A stretch of DNA of 64,000 bases, taken from positions 833,034-897,033 of the forward strand of contig CAJFCJ010000023.1 of the NCBI GenBank assembly GCA_904063045.1, written 5' to 3'. A program made the position numbers and the translations under genes. Below are positions 27,108-42,000 of the stretch, piece by piece. The DNA is from Dimorphilus gyrociliatus. Its lineage: Eukaryota > Animalia > Annelida. Under the pieces are notes generated by a model. The model was given only the letters and a program-made list of their open reading frames with translations. It ran no database searches and was not told where the DNA came from. Position 1 is the first letter of the stretch. Each line of letters opens with the position of its first letter.

Positions 27108-30100
27108 GTTTTCAGACAGCAGACTTCTCGATAGGCAACTGCCTGGGAGGGGGGAAAGTATGAATGTAAAACAGTGATAGCTAACTTAAAGAGATTTTAG
27201 AAAGAAACGTAAAATTATTGCTGAGCAAGTTTTTTCCAAGTGATTCAAGTGATTTTATCTGAAAAACTATACAAATATCAGAATAGAGCAAAACTATAAA
27301 ACGATAAGGGAATAAGATTATGAAATTTTGGTGTCATATTTAAAGTTTACTTGTTTGTTTGTTTGTTTGTTTGTTTATTGGTTTTGTCAATTTTTTCCAC
27401 ATAATAACGCATTTATAAAATACAATTTCTTAATGAAGCGATTACGTAAATACGTCAATTAAATATAAAGATGATTTTGCATGGATCATTTGAAAATTAA
27501 AAAGAAAAAAGGGAGGAATAGTTCAACTCCCCATCCTAATAATTGTGGAATAAAAGAAGACATTTAAATCGCCCAAAGCCAGGCAGATGTTGTCCGCTTC
27601 GGTCACGCCCACAGAGATATTAATTGTCTAAGAGTGAAGAAAAAGCTGAATTAATATGAAGAGGCGTCTCGGTGACAGCAACGAAGCTTTTAAGTTTAAT
27701 GGTACTTATTAGCTTTTATTGTTTTCTAATAAAGCATCTGCACACTGTTTCTTTTTTTTTGTAATTCTCTATAGCAACTGTGAAATTTTCCAGTTTATAA
27801 ACACGATATATAGCACATATATATATATTGGTATAGAGCATAATGCTTATAATTCTATACTATAATAAAAAAATCTATATTTTATTATTCTAAACACGGG
27901 AAAAGGAGAGAAAACGATAGGATTATAACCGGTTATGCATGGATGAAAAGGGACCAAAAATAGATGTTGTTGCCTTTGAAGAAAGCCCACTTTTCACATT
28001 TTTGATTGTTTAAAGACCAGAAGAATAAACCATTACAAAACAATTATCCACTTTTTTTTATACAATTATTAAATATTAATACAGAAAAAGAATTGGTTTC
28101 TATTTGTTGTTTCTATATTTTTATCCATTAAACGCTGCCTTTTTAATAAAACGCTGATGTATCGTTTATTTCCTTTGCTCGGTTTTTTTCTGTTTTTAGG
28201 CGGATAAGAAAAAAATAAAGTCAGGGGAAAAGATTTATACAAAGTGGAAAAAAATAAGGCGATTGGAAACCTGATTGGACTTGAAGCTTATATGCTGCAA
28301 GGCGTCTTTAATTTACCTACAATTGGACGCTTAAATTCCCACCATAAAAAGATTTAATTTCGCTTATTCCTCTTAACGACTTCTTTTTTTTCTTCCTTTT
28401 GGATTTTCGGTTTAATTTTTGTATTTCTACGCAAAAAAAGAGTATATTGGTTTATTGAATGGGAGCTGTAGCCTGTTTTATAAGTTGAAACCTTTACGAT
28501 TAATCAATTGGAAAGTTGGAGAGATGGGTAGAAAGATAGAGAGAGAGAGAGAGAGATGGCGAAAGAAGAATTGCATTAGCTTTAGATGGTCGCAAAATTT
28601 ACGGATCAATTATCGACACCTTAGTAACGTATACAACGATTTTCTGAATTATTCTACATATGTTAAGATAAACAGTGTCGCCCGCTTCACGACCGCAAAG
28701 CAAGTAAAAGAGAGAGAGGGAGAGAGAGAGCGAAAAATGAAACGGATAATAAAAAGCATTTTACCAAAAGGTTTATCTCTTGCACGCAGAATCATCTTAT
28801 ACAAAACCGGAATTAGATTCTTGGAAAAAATTTGTCTATTCGACTTACAATAGTAACGATCAATCGGGGTCGAAGAGAGGAGAAAATTGCTTCTATTGAT
28901 GGTTTAGGTATCTAATTAAGAAGAAAACTAATTGAAAATTAATTATTTGTCACTAGTTAAAGTAGGGTTAGAGTAAAATGTACACTGAGAGTAAGAGAGA
29001 AGCATGCGCTAAAGCAAGGCTAACGATTAGCAATTAGCATTAAGACAATAAACATATATCGAAGTATTGTTATAGGTAAGTTAATTAAAGAAGGTGAAGA
29101 GCTTTGCTTTATCTATCAATCCATCAGCTTGTGTATATGTCTTAAGCTCTTCTTTTATATATAGTTTATATCGGCTACTGTGCATATAACAGATGTTTAT
29201 CTCTCTCTCTCTCTTTTAACCCTATTCCATTCCCTTTACATGTGTAGTTGGAGTAATAATATTTCATTCGCTTTATACTTAACAAAACAGGAAATGAAAA
29301 AATTAATATAACATAAATACAGACAATAGTCTCTTATTCGTATCTGTTTCTTCGCCACCGTCACTAATTAATTAATTGATTAAGCTCTACTTTCTAGCCT
29401 AACCCTCTCCGTTCCATTCGGCTTGTAGGGAAAAACTTTACGTCGTTGAAAATTACACGAATCTTTTTTCCCTGAACTAACAAATCAACCTTTTTAGAAC
29501 TGTATATACTTTTTTACGGTAATAAATAAACAAAATCCTTCCACCCCGTTTTCCCTTCCTCCTTCCTTTCTAATTACGAATGTTGCGTGTGTATTGTTTT
29601 CATCAGTTATCCGTCAATATTTTACTCAACAAAATTGTCCTAGAAAGAGGATTGTGAAAATGAACAGGTAAAAACTAATGGATTATTTTTGTTTTTTTTT
29701 GCAGGTAGTCAGCAGCAATAAAAAGACATATACTGCAAAAAAAGGAAAAATTGACTAAGAAAACGAGCTTGCATTTATAATAACTTTCTATTCAGTTTGT
29801 GTGAATATATTTACCTTCGACTCCTTCTCTATTTCATTCCCTTATTTATTCAGATCTTTTATATTATTTAAAAAAAAGACCGTGTCTTATCCCTTTATAG
29901 TTAGGTATCGGAATGACACTCGAGAAAAGAAAATGTCGCTTCCCCTCTCTATTCTTCTCTCTTTTCCCCTTTCCCCTTTCCCTTATGAGCAAAGGATGAA
30001 TTTTTTTTTAAAAGAAAACCACTTCTTTCTCTGCATTTAGGAATTAGCTTAATCTTTTTGGGATTGAAAAAACCTGGTAGACGGCTAACCATCAAAGACA

Positions 30101-30268
30101 CATATGAAGAGGAAATTCGATTGGATTAGAGTTTAATTGCGCAGGAGATTTAATAAAAATCTTAATTGCGCAATAGTCATAACTAAGAAGAGATGTTTTT
30201 CATTATTTTTCTTCTTTTATTTCTTCTTTTATAACAAAATAACCAAATTAATATATTAAATAACTGCA

Positions 30269-32493
30269 TTATTTAATGAATTCCCAATTCTGGGATAACG
30301 AATCGTCGCAGTTTGCCAACTTGATTATTGATCCCATTTTAAGGCCGCTGACGTCCATACATAGTTTCGTAGGTATATGAACAAGTTGCTGGCCATCGAT
30401 TTTAAATTTATCTCCTCCAACTAACGTGCTAGTACACGGCTCCATATATACGATATTTTCATCTTTAGTATTGCGCAATATTGCACAATTCTCTTCCGTT
30501 CTTAATTGACTAGTTTCGGTTAGAGTAAATATCTGTTTGTTTATAATTATTTTACATTATTTGTAAAAAATATTCGTATAAGTAGGCTAGTAGCTTTGCC
30601 TATTAGTTTGTAAGCTTAATACCTGATTAAAGCTATCCTGACAATAATAGACGCCCAGGTTGTAGCCTTTCCTAGGATTTCCGTTGAGCGAGTCTAGGCA
30701 AAAGTTTGTTGATGGATTTCGAATTTTTCCGTAGAATTTAACATTTTCATCGAGGATAAACTTTTGAGGGTAGACATTTTTCAAAAACCAAGAGAATGGA
30801 TGGCAATTTAACTTTTTTCTCAGTTCAATTCTCTTGGAGACGTCTCCGAATTGCTTGTGTAAAAGATCCTTCCTCTTAGCGTAAAAGAATCGTTTATATT
30901 CGTCCATCCAAACTTCGGCGACTCTTCTAGAATTAATGCCGTGGTAGTCGTACGTTTTACTTGGAAACCCGTACGGATGAGTATCTCTGAAAATATGTCC
31001 AACTCTTGAACAGGGAATAAACTCAAGCGATCCACCGCATTGCCAAACTCTAAATGACATCTCTAGATTTTCCCCACCCCAAATGTCCATACCTGGATCA
31101 TAAGCGCCAATATGAAAGAAAAATTTCCTACTAATAGCTAAAAGTCCTCCGGCCATCGTTGGGGATCTTATAGGATCTATCCTTGTTTTTCTCCTCTTTA
31201 GTTCAAATTCTGGTACGGATTCCCAAGTGAAATGCATACTCCAAGTGAATCCACCGATAGACCCGCTCCCACCTCCGTAGTAGGCCAGTGTCGACGACGA
31301 GATCACATCAATCATTGGACAGAGTACGGCAGATTCTTTTTCGTGTATTCTTTTCATTAATGGTTCTATCCAACCTTCGGACGCTTCGCAATGAGCGTCC
31401 AAAAATATGAGTACCTCCCCTGGAAGAGAACGAAACAAGCGAATGTAGTTGGATAATAAAAAGATATTCTCCCCTTTTCATTAGGAGAGTTTTCTTTCGT
31501 AAAAGATGATAAAAAATCAGATTAAATCAACAATATTCTATATCGCGTACACTAAATAGAGTATAAACATATACAGTATAATTTATATATAGTATATACA
31601 GTATATACAGTATATATATATATATATATACTGTATATTAAATGTGAAATCGATAACTTTACAACAACCGTCATCGGCTACAGCTGATATCATTCAATCA
31701 ATGCGTTTGAATTGAAGAATTTTACGAGACAAAAAAAAAGCTGGTTTAACGTATACATAAAAAACAAATACTTGACACATATAACGTGGAGAGAAAGAAC
31801 AGAGAGAGACAGAGAGAGAGAGGGCCAAAAAGACAAATTGTGGAGTCACTATTGACTTTTTGCATTATTACCTCTGGCCTGTTCTGCTCCAAATATTTTA
31901 GCCCTGATAAGGCCACTTCTCTCTGGTGTCCTAACGATCCTAACGATGTTGTCGGGAAAAGTTTTACGTAGATAATTTTGCAGTGGTTCAAAGAGTTCGG
32001 GCCTTGTGCTGGAATCATCCACTAATAAAACTTCGTGTAAAAGTTGCGGAGGTGACCTATTGACGACGCTATGAACTGTTCTTAGAATAGCTGTCCACTC
32101 TTCGTTGAAATATATAATAACGACACTGGCTGCCGGATATTCATTGATATTATATTTTTCGTGTCTACAGAGCTTATCTCTTCTATCCGGTATTCGCCTA
32201 TCCAAACTTATCTTCCTGCTGGCTACGACGTTAAATCCTTCTTTCTTTATTTCGATATCGTGTTGTATTTGTTCGTCTTTAGTGATATGAACAGCTTCGC
32301 CATTCTCTCCTGGCCCCTTAACTTGTCGATTCAGACTCTTTAAGTATCGCTTTAGTCGAAAAGCTTTCAACTCTTTTGAACTTATCGAGTGAATTGAATC
32401 TGTGTCAGGTTTCAGTAGAGAAACGATTATAAGTAGGGTACAACTTAGAGATAAAAAAACGAGGATTCTCCTGATTTTCCGCGGTAGCATCAT
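30269..32493 (-). CDS. GALNT: Polypeptide N-acetylgalactosaminyltransferase (GT27, ricin-B lectin domain), 560 aa, 3 exons
   Basis: Exons 32493-31872, 31419-30623, 30532-30269. Type II TM anchor ILVFLSLSCTLLIIVSLL; DxH motif IFLDAHCE; WGGENLEMSFRVWQCGG; GHIFR; lectin repeats CLDSL...CQDSFNQ...QNWEF. Confidence 0.95.
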
Positions 32494-33300
32494 ACTATTC
32501 CTATTAATATTTCCACACCAGAGTCAAAAGTGGAATGAATTTCTTGAACAAATTTTCGAAGCAGCTGAGAAATGTATTGATGTTTTTATATACGAAAAAT
32601 TCTCCTCATCTAAACTAAGCTGGGAAGAGAAAAAAATATTGAAATAAATAAACAAGAATCTTCGCTTTCTTAAAAATAATCTCAGCAATTATCTAACAAA
32701 TAGTAAATAAAGCAGTTCGAGGCGGTCAGTTTCTTTTTGTTTCTTAACAGAAGTAGGCCTACACAAAGATTGCGATGCAATTATCAAATAAATAATATTA
32801 TAATATAGAATAGAGAATAAAAGTTTGAACGTGTCTGGGAAAAGAAACGTTTTTGTTGATTTATAAGATTGTCTATGTATAGAAAAATATCTATATATAC
32901 AGTGTATATTCATTTACGTTGGCAAGGTGTCAAATATTCAAGCAGCTTTTTGGACTAATTCAATTGTTCAGAAAACGATAGCGTAAAGAATAGAGGTAGG
33001 AGGAGGAGGAATAGATGAGCGGGCAGACAAGTGTATACGACCGCAAAAGTATACCACTTGAACATACTTGATAGTAAACATCGATTAAAAAAGCTATTGA
33101 AGAGAAATCTTAATGATTTAAAGAGAGACGTTAAAAGTGGGAAATGATTAAAAATATGCCAATTATATTCTCTAACCCTGTTTCATTTTCTGTTGGAGAG
33201 TCCAATCAAATTTGTATAAAAAAAAGGCAACGTTAAGTAAATCTATCGTTCAAAACTGAAAATGTTCACATTACCATGATCAAATGGAATATTTCGCTTA

Positions 33301-33319
33301 GGGCGGAAAAGCGCCATCT
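33301..33319. promoter_or_regulatory. GC box adjoining a CTCF-like motif (GGGCGGAAAAGCGCCATCT) between divergent GALNT and RGK genes
   Basis: Motifs seen directly; AGCGCCATCT at 33310-33319. Confidence 0.35.
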
Positions 33320-34534
33320 GCAGAACAAATACGATGTCGAAAAAACCTGGTAAAGTTGTTCGAACTTTTCGGAATTGAGAATAGGAAAAGTGCGAGGTTA
33401 GGCGGTTTTAAGGAGTGAGAATGATTGATTAATGATCTCTTAGAAGCCATTTATGACTTTTTAAAGACGCTTTTGCGTTTTAGTCTAAGGAAATTTATCG
33501 ACTGAGTAAATGCGCATAGTAAAAGAATCGATTATTGTTTAATTACGCCCACACGTAATAAAATATTACTGATAAAAAGTGAGAATACGCGATAGCTAGT
33601 TATTATTATTATTAATATAATAATAATTGTAATTGTCCTTGTTATCATTATTATTGAGCCACCTATATCACGGCTTGTGCATTTATTAATTCCTTATTTC
33701 TTCTCTTTTCCGCCTTCTTTTTTTTTCTTTCACCCCTTTTCCTTTCTATCCTTCTCCTTCTCCTTCTCTTTTCTTTTCAAAAGGAAAATTCTTCTCCGAA
33801 AACCCCATCATCATTGTTTCTCTTTATCCCTTCTCCTCTCTCTCCCTTTCTTAGGTATTTTCTAATTTATGATATTAAAAATAGAATTAAAAGAAAAAAG
33901 GACAAGATAAGAATAAAATGAAAGAAGAGGGAGAGAGAGAGAGATAGAGAGAGAAAAAAAAATATTGGTAAAACAAAATTAAATCTATTTGTCTTTTTTG
34001 TTTGACTTGATTGCTTTTGGACTTTGCTAAAAAGTCCGTGTAGTTGGATAGGAGATTTTTTTTTTCTTTTTTTTTTATTTCTATATTTATCTTTCTTTTA
34101 TTCTTTTTCTATATCTCTCTTTCTCACTTTCTCCCTGTCTCTAAGTTTCTTTACCCCTCTCTCTCTCCCCCTCCCTTTCTACATGTACGCGTTTGCGATG
34201 CGTGTGTGTGTGTCTACTGTACATCTTTCTTTCTCTCTCTCTTCATTTTCCTACTCCTCCTCCTTCTAATATCTAACAACTATACAGCAGCAATTTTTTA
34301 AGAGGCAGGCGTCGGCCTTTGTACATAAAACAATTTAGAGTGTTTATTCAAGAAGAGAATAATTAAGGAAGGAGGAAATCTTATGCTCATATTTTTACGC
34401 TGTTTTTCTCAATCTCTTCAAGTTCATTCTCTCAATCTGAACTGAAAACGTAAACTGCATTTTAATTGGTGCAAAATAAAGAGAAAAAAATCTTGGTACA
34501 GAGTCGTCTCGACTTAAATGTTTAAGAGAGCAGC

Positions 34535-34565
<31 letters not shown>

Positions 34566-36074
34566 CTGCTGTAAAAATGTCTAACAACCTTAGCCTTCAA
34601 GACTAAGCAAGGTAATAAACAAGAATATATGTATAATATCTTTATATATATATATATATATATTTCTTTTGCAATTTACAAGTCATTATATAAATATACA
34701 TATATAATTTATATATATATATATATATATATATGTATTAATTTATATATACATTAATTTATACATATTCATATATATTTATATATCAAAAGAGGACAAT
34801 TGTAACAGATTTACTACTGATCGATGTATCCATGGATTTTTAAATAGAATTGATAAGTTTACGTCAAGTCAATCAATATACAGCAAAACAGATTTACGAT
34901 AGGAATGTCAAGGTGGTCGGTCACTTAAACAATTTCAATATTAACAGGGTCACTGATGGACTAATAGGTATATACAAACCAAAGAAAACTACAAGAAAAA
35001 TTCTAATACAGTCTAAGGAACAGCAACGTAAAACAAACCGAAAGGAAGATGGGAAAGAGAAGAATGGTAGAGAAGGAGAGAGAAAGAGAAAGAGATAGAT
35101 TGAATTATAATTTTCAAAGGATATTTGTTTATTACTGTTTCTTGTGAATCTATTAACGAGTCAGATAGGGACGCAATTAATTATTATTAGCAATTAATGA
35201 CGGTAACACAAAAAAATGTGGGTCTAGTACGCCAACCAAAATATTACAAATAGGTCTAATTGCTTCCTCCAAGTTTTCTCTTTTTTTTCTTTATTGGATT
35301 GTAGATGCAAGAAAACATATCTATAGCTTTCAAAAAAGGTATTGCTATCATAACCACACAAGGTAAACGTTTCGCCGTTATCTCGTCCTTTGCCTATTCT
35401 AGTTTCTATTTTTAGACGATTGTTTGCGGAATTCTAATGATTAATGTAAGATTAATATCTTTTCACTAAATGTTACTTAGATTATGTAATTTGATAATCA
35501 GGAAGACAAAGGTTGATTAGGTGTTGAGAAAGTGTAAGAGGTAATAAGTGATGGAGAAGGTGGAGGTGAAGGCGGAGGTGTTGTCTGAAGAAGGAAGAGA
35601 GAGGGATATAATTAACAATAACGCTAAGAATTTATTGTTTTAAAGAGTATTTCCTGTCATGCTAAATTTTCAGATGTGAAAACTTAGATCTCCGGTAATT
35701 AAATGGAAGTGCGAGTAAAACAGACAGAAAGACTGTAAAGAGGGTCAATGAACGAATAAGAGACGAAGATTGCGCGTATATATATATATATATATGTAAG
35801 TATGTGTGTATGTATAGTATGTATAGTATGTATGTATGTATGTATAAGTGTGAAGAGAAGGAAAAAAAGAAAAAGAGACATAGAGATAGAGAAAGAGTGG
35901 ATGCGAGAGAGAGAGAGAGAGAGAGAGTAGGGAGAGAAAAGAAAACTTGGGAGAGAGATGCTATTGGTTGCTGGCTATTGGAAAAAGAATTGATCGCTGA
36001 GTGGCGCCAAAAGCGATATATTTTGCAAAGAGCGGTAAAACGTCGTTAACCGTCCGCCAATCAACAACTTAACC

Positions 36075-37414
36075 ATGGACGATTTCGAAGCTTTTAAATT
36101 GAGAGCATCCGGTAATTTTAGTTCTGCAGAAAAATTAAATTGTCCTGTTGAAGTGACTGTATCAGAAAGTGAGGATTTCCCCAGATCGAGAAGGAATAGC
36201 TTTTTTGGACCTAATGAGAACTTACTAACCGTACCTAACCAGTCAATTTATAAACGGCAAAGATCCAGATCTGCAGATATGGGAAGGGATAGATCGACAC
36301 TAGGAGATATCAGGGAGAATGAAGAGGACTCGGAAAAATATGTCAGAGTTCGGAGTTTCTCTTGCACGGAAGGAGGTCTTTTGAATCACGGTGATATTCT
36401 TCGTTTGAGAGAAGTGAGCAGAGACGCTATCGAAGCAGAAATAAAGGAACACAACATCCTTATAGTAGGTGCCTCCGGAGTGGGAAAGACGTCACTAGCT
36501 CAACAATTTGCAACTTCGGATTATCTCTGCGCACAAGCCGACGGTTGGTATCTAGGGAATGCTATCAATTGTTTCATAATCGTCGTAATTTGTCATCAGT
36601 TTGTTAGAAACGATTCGTTCAAGTAAAATCCCATTAAGAGGATCATTATAAAACGGTGTTAATGTAGAATATTTGTATATAATTGACGAGATTTTAGGCT
36701 TAATTAGAGTAAACATACGTTAGAAGAATAGCTAAATGTTGATAAATTTCTAACATTGCGTACTAATAGCGTATTATAAAATCTACTACGGACTATATAT
36801 GTTTATATGTTTTTACTAATATATTTGTGCACTGTCTACCTGATAAAAATGTCATAGGAACACGTACTCAACGTATCAGATTCAGTCTTATTGAAAAGGG
36901 AAATTTTGCCCTTAAACAAACAGGTATTGGTAAGATGGTTATATTGTTTAAATTATACTTTTGACATTCAACTTTCAATAGAATAATTTACGGATGGTTA
37001 ACATTAACACTTTATCAATGGGATACTAGATGTTTATTTCTCCAATAAGTTATACGATGATATATAACGCCGTCTAAGGCGTTAATGGCATAACAAACAG
37101 ACAATCGACTATATTTAGCAAACAGGAATATTGAATAGAGAGAATATTTCCGGAATATTATAATAAGAAGAACAAACATCTCTGACGCGTAGAAAACTGT
37201 TAAGGTGAATGAAAAAAAAATAATAAAAAAAACCCAGATTTATTCTTCTAATCAAAAATCTTTCACCTAACATCTAACCCTCTCAACGGACAAAAAAGGT
37301 TGAGAAAGTATAAAAAGCAAGGGATAGAGAAGGTAAAAACTACCAGAGGTCATTTGCAGGTCATCACTACTTTAGATCGAGAAATTTTAAAAGGGAACTG
37401 AAAACAAAGGCGAT

Positions 37415-37459
<45 letters not shown>

Positions 37460-37869
37460 GTGAATGAGTGAGAGAGAAAAGGAAGGGGAGGAAGAGGGAA
37501 AGGGAAAGGAAGAGGAGAAAAAACAATTGTAAGAGGGAGATTATTGAAGAGAGAGAGGAAGAGAAAATAGAAATATTTATGAAATTATCATGCATAATAT
37601 AATTGTAGGATTTTATGGGCTAACATATAACTACTAGCTATGATCATATATCCAGTATATATATGTGTGTGTGTTTCGTGCCCCATGTATCTGTGTTTTG
37701 CGGGGCATCTGTTTTAAAGGTGAGGGATAAAAGGCCAAAAATAACTTTAAACTTGTAATTCGAGTGATGAATGAGATGAAAGTCATTTTATTTAAAAAAA
37801 AAAAAGAAAGAGAAAAAAAGTTAGTCTGCTAATCAATTAATTTTTTACTAGATCTGAAAAAAAAGAAAG

Positions 37870-37907
<38 letters not shown>

Positions 37908-39048
37908 AAGAGAGATGAATGGAGAATGGTAATAAACATAAATGATGTAAAAATATAAAAAGAAAAGAAAAACATTTGTTTATTAGAATGTTTATTGCAC
38001 ACATCTTAATGAATAATTCATAAATTGTGAATTTATCAAGTCGGCTGACTTTGTTTTACTTTGTCTCTTTCTATTTCGGCTGACCTTTGAGTTATGAATT
38101 AAATGTACAAGTTAAAAAATATATCTTAATTCAACTGAAAGAACAAATGGAATGGAAAAGAAAAAAAAAATAAAATTCAGTTACTATACTTTTCTTGGTA
38201 GAGGAAACAAGATCCACTAAACTATAGGTGCATGCCTTGGTTAATTTCTGTCTTCAGGATATAAGGCCAACTGAAAACGTGACTATAGACAAGAATTAAT
38301 TCATTTTGACTAATGATGAAACCGCTTTTGTAGAATAGCCTACAGCTTGATAAATATCGAATATCTAGCGCATAATGTAAGAGGAGAGAGAGAGAGAGGG
38401 AGGGAGAAGGTAGAAAACGAGAAAGGCAGAGAACATTAAAGTCGTAAAAAAATGATACTAAAAAGGAATCAAGAAATGGATAAAGTTTGCATTTTCTTTG
38501 GATTTTTCCAAGAAAAATTTGTTGCTAACAACTATGACCGCCTTCACCTTGATAAACCTACTAATTAATAGAGTATCATTGACTTTATCATTAGGAATTA
38601 CGTATGAGTTCTAGAGCTAACTTTTTTGCGTTATCTCTCTTGTAAGACGCTGTTTTCAAGTAAAACAACCAAGAGGAGAACAGACAAGGAGATATACGCA
38701 AAGCACGCTCTTGTATAGATGGATAGTTAGATAGATAGATAGATAGATAGATAGATATCTTGTAAAATAAGTAAAGAGAGCTATAAAAGAGTCTAGTTGA
38801 TCTTCAATATGAAACAGAGAAGAAAAATAAAAGAATAAATAAAAATCAAGCATAATTTAAGCCTAGACGAGGCGAGAAACAAGGCAGGCAAGCAGACAGG
38901 CAGGCGGGCAGGCGGGCGGGCGGCTAGCTTTTTTTTCCATACACCCATAACTTATTCGTTATACAGTAGAGGTGTCGTAAAACTGTACAAGTTTTATGTA
39001 TGAGATATTTTCTTATGTGATTTCATATTCATCATTTTGCCATCTGTT

Positions 39049-39089
<41 letters not shown>

Positions 39090-42000
39090 AATCAGTCTTA
39101 CGATAAAGGCTACACGTAAATATACGGAAAAAAAAGCCTACGGAAATCAGCTTAGGATTCTGCTTCCTCCCTCTAAAGGAGGCGGACAAAAGCGTCTTGC
39201 TGCCTTAGAGATATGACAAAAATAAATTACAAGCAAACTGTAAAACACAACCGATTATAACAGACTCTTTGCCTAGAAAAGAGATTACAAAATTCACTTA
39301 AAATATAGTACAAGCCGATACGAAAATTCTATTTGCATTTATTAATTAACAACTCAAAAATTATAGTTTTGAGGCAAATTCCATTATTCAGGACAGGGAT
39401 GTTGTTATATATTTAATATCCTTAAACCCTCCTCTATTCTCTCTTCAACTTCGTATGCGCAATTCTTCTCTTACATTATTCAATAGAGAATTTATAATGT
39501 ATATTTCAATGTTAAAATATTCATTTTTTTTATTGTAATTGATTAATAATTTGATAATTAAACATATGGGTAGGTTAGACTAACTGAGGAGTGAGAGAGG
39601 CGGGAAGGGGTGAAGGTGAGATTGAGAGTTTGAGAGAGATAAACGGTATATGCTACAGCGAGTTGATGCATTTGAATATAAACATAATTTGTAGTCACCA
39701 TATACCTTATAAATGTATATATATACAGTATACAAGTACATACTCCCACTCATTTGTTCGTTCATTCACGCGCTCTCGCTCGCTCACTCACTCACTCACT
39801 CACTCCTCCACTTACTCAATCACCCACTCATTCATTCATTTAGTTAGTTACTTACTTTCTTACTTACACATACACACACGCATGCATAACAACAATAAAA
39901 AAAATACAAGACTAAAGAGGTTAAACACGTTTTATTATAATTTTTAACAGAATTAAGGACGGAGGCGTAAAATGTTATTTGATACAGTAACAACAGAAAA
40001 TTCTCCTAATTATATTTAACGTGTTGTTGTAAAAGTAAACCATTTTGAAGTTCATAGATACATAACGCCACTAGCTTTGTAGATGCTAGACCAAACCTTC
40101 CTCTTACCCCCTAAGCAGGACCTACCGACACCCTTATCAGGATGAGACTATGATTAGGTTAATTGAAGAGGTTCTCAAAAGAAAGCCTCACAACCAAGAC
40201 AATTCTAAAATATACAATTAGCTTATGTCTGTTACTAGTCATGTATAATGCTTCATATAATTGGCGTGTCAGATGCAGGTAATATTACAACTAGGCCTAG
40301 TGGCACCTTTAACACGCCATGTATAAATTGACAAAGGTGTTAATTGTTAAAATTTTTTTCCGTTCTCTTTTGTGTTTAAAAAAAAAAGGAATTTTATTTT
40401 ATTTTCTGTTTTTTCTGTTTCAATTTTTTTTATGTAAATCTTCGATCAAGTTAAATAATTAAATGTGACATTTTTCTTGGTCTCTCTCTCTCTCTCTGTC
40501 TTTCTCTCCTTCGTTCTCCTCTGCATACACAAATCAAAATATAGCTGTATTTTCCTCTTTTATGAATATATATATATATGAATGTATAAATGAACGAATG
40601 AACAAAGGAACGTATGAATGAATTATCGAGCGAATCAAAGAATAAGTGAATAAGTAAACTATACAAAAAGTAACGAAGAAGAGAATGATAAAAAAGGCCT
40701 TTTTTACAGCGGCCATTAGGGAGTAAAGACATTCAACGATACAGCAAAATCTATGTTTAAACAATAAAACATACACAACTACATATAATTAATGTATAAG
40801 TATCTATCAATCTTATTCAATTCCATTTAATCAAGTTGTTTTATGTCTTTTCTTTGTCGATTCTCCTTCTCTCCAAAGCTTTTAGGCGAGAGGAAGGAAG
40901 AAACAGAATATAGTAGACTGGATGCAACTCTAGTGGTGTAGTGTATGAAGCAGGTATTCACATATATTTTCAGTATATATACATATATACTATCTGCATC
41001 TGTCAGCGTATAGTTCGAAATCACCATCTATATATAGACATCTTTATTATTTATAAGTATACATTATATGGATTATAATAGAAAATTTTTATTGAAAAGT
41101 TAACTGTAGTTGACGTGTTTTCTTTAAGACGACAAATGAGTACAAAGGACAACATTTTACTGATCGACTCAGGCGTAAAATGAAGAAATCAATTTATAAA
41201 CTTTCTTTAATTACTGTTCTGCTCTATCAGTCCATTCGAATGGGCGTCTGTAAAAGACAGATTGCTAAAGAAATGAACTGATTTGCGCCCCAAAGAATGA
41301 ATTATAATTACCATCATCATGTTAACAAGAAGTTTGTCATTGGTCTAATACTAGTTTATATCAACTAAATAATAAGTATGTCCAGTGTATAGCAGTATGT
41401 TCTGTATAGTAGGCGATGAAGAGATTAGAGAAGCTTATTGTTGACCACGTGCCAACTGCACGGATAGGGTACAACTAATTTTCATACCTCAACCATACAG
41501 TAGATCGTATTCAGTATTCACAGAAAATCAGAGTAGAATAGTGATGGTTCCCTCTGTCTCTCTGTCTCTCTGTCTCTCTCTCTCTCTCGCTTTATTCAAT
41601 AGGACAATAGAGCGTGTTGTAAAATCTGTATTAGTCGACTTCCCGAGAGATTCACGTCGCTACTTAAACTGTTTGACCTCAATCGATCGTAGAAAGTCAA
41701 GGAAGAATAAATAAGGAAATACTAAAAATATTTCGTTTTCTTTTTGTGTATGTATTTTCCCCTTCTTTTCCTTCTTTTCTATAATTTTCTCCCTCTTCTT
41801 TGCCCTTCGCTTCTATCCTGTCGACCTTTTGCCAAATATATATACTTTTTAGTCCTATTTCATAGAAAACTAAAACACTTCTAAGTAGAAGGCATTTTAG
41901 GAACAATATCTATTTATTTGATTCTTCATTTATGGATAAGAATGGAAAGAGACGAAATTAGGTCAAAAATTTTCTACTTTAATTCTCTTTTGTATGAAAA

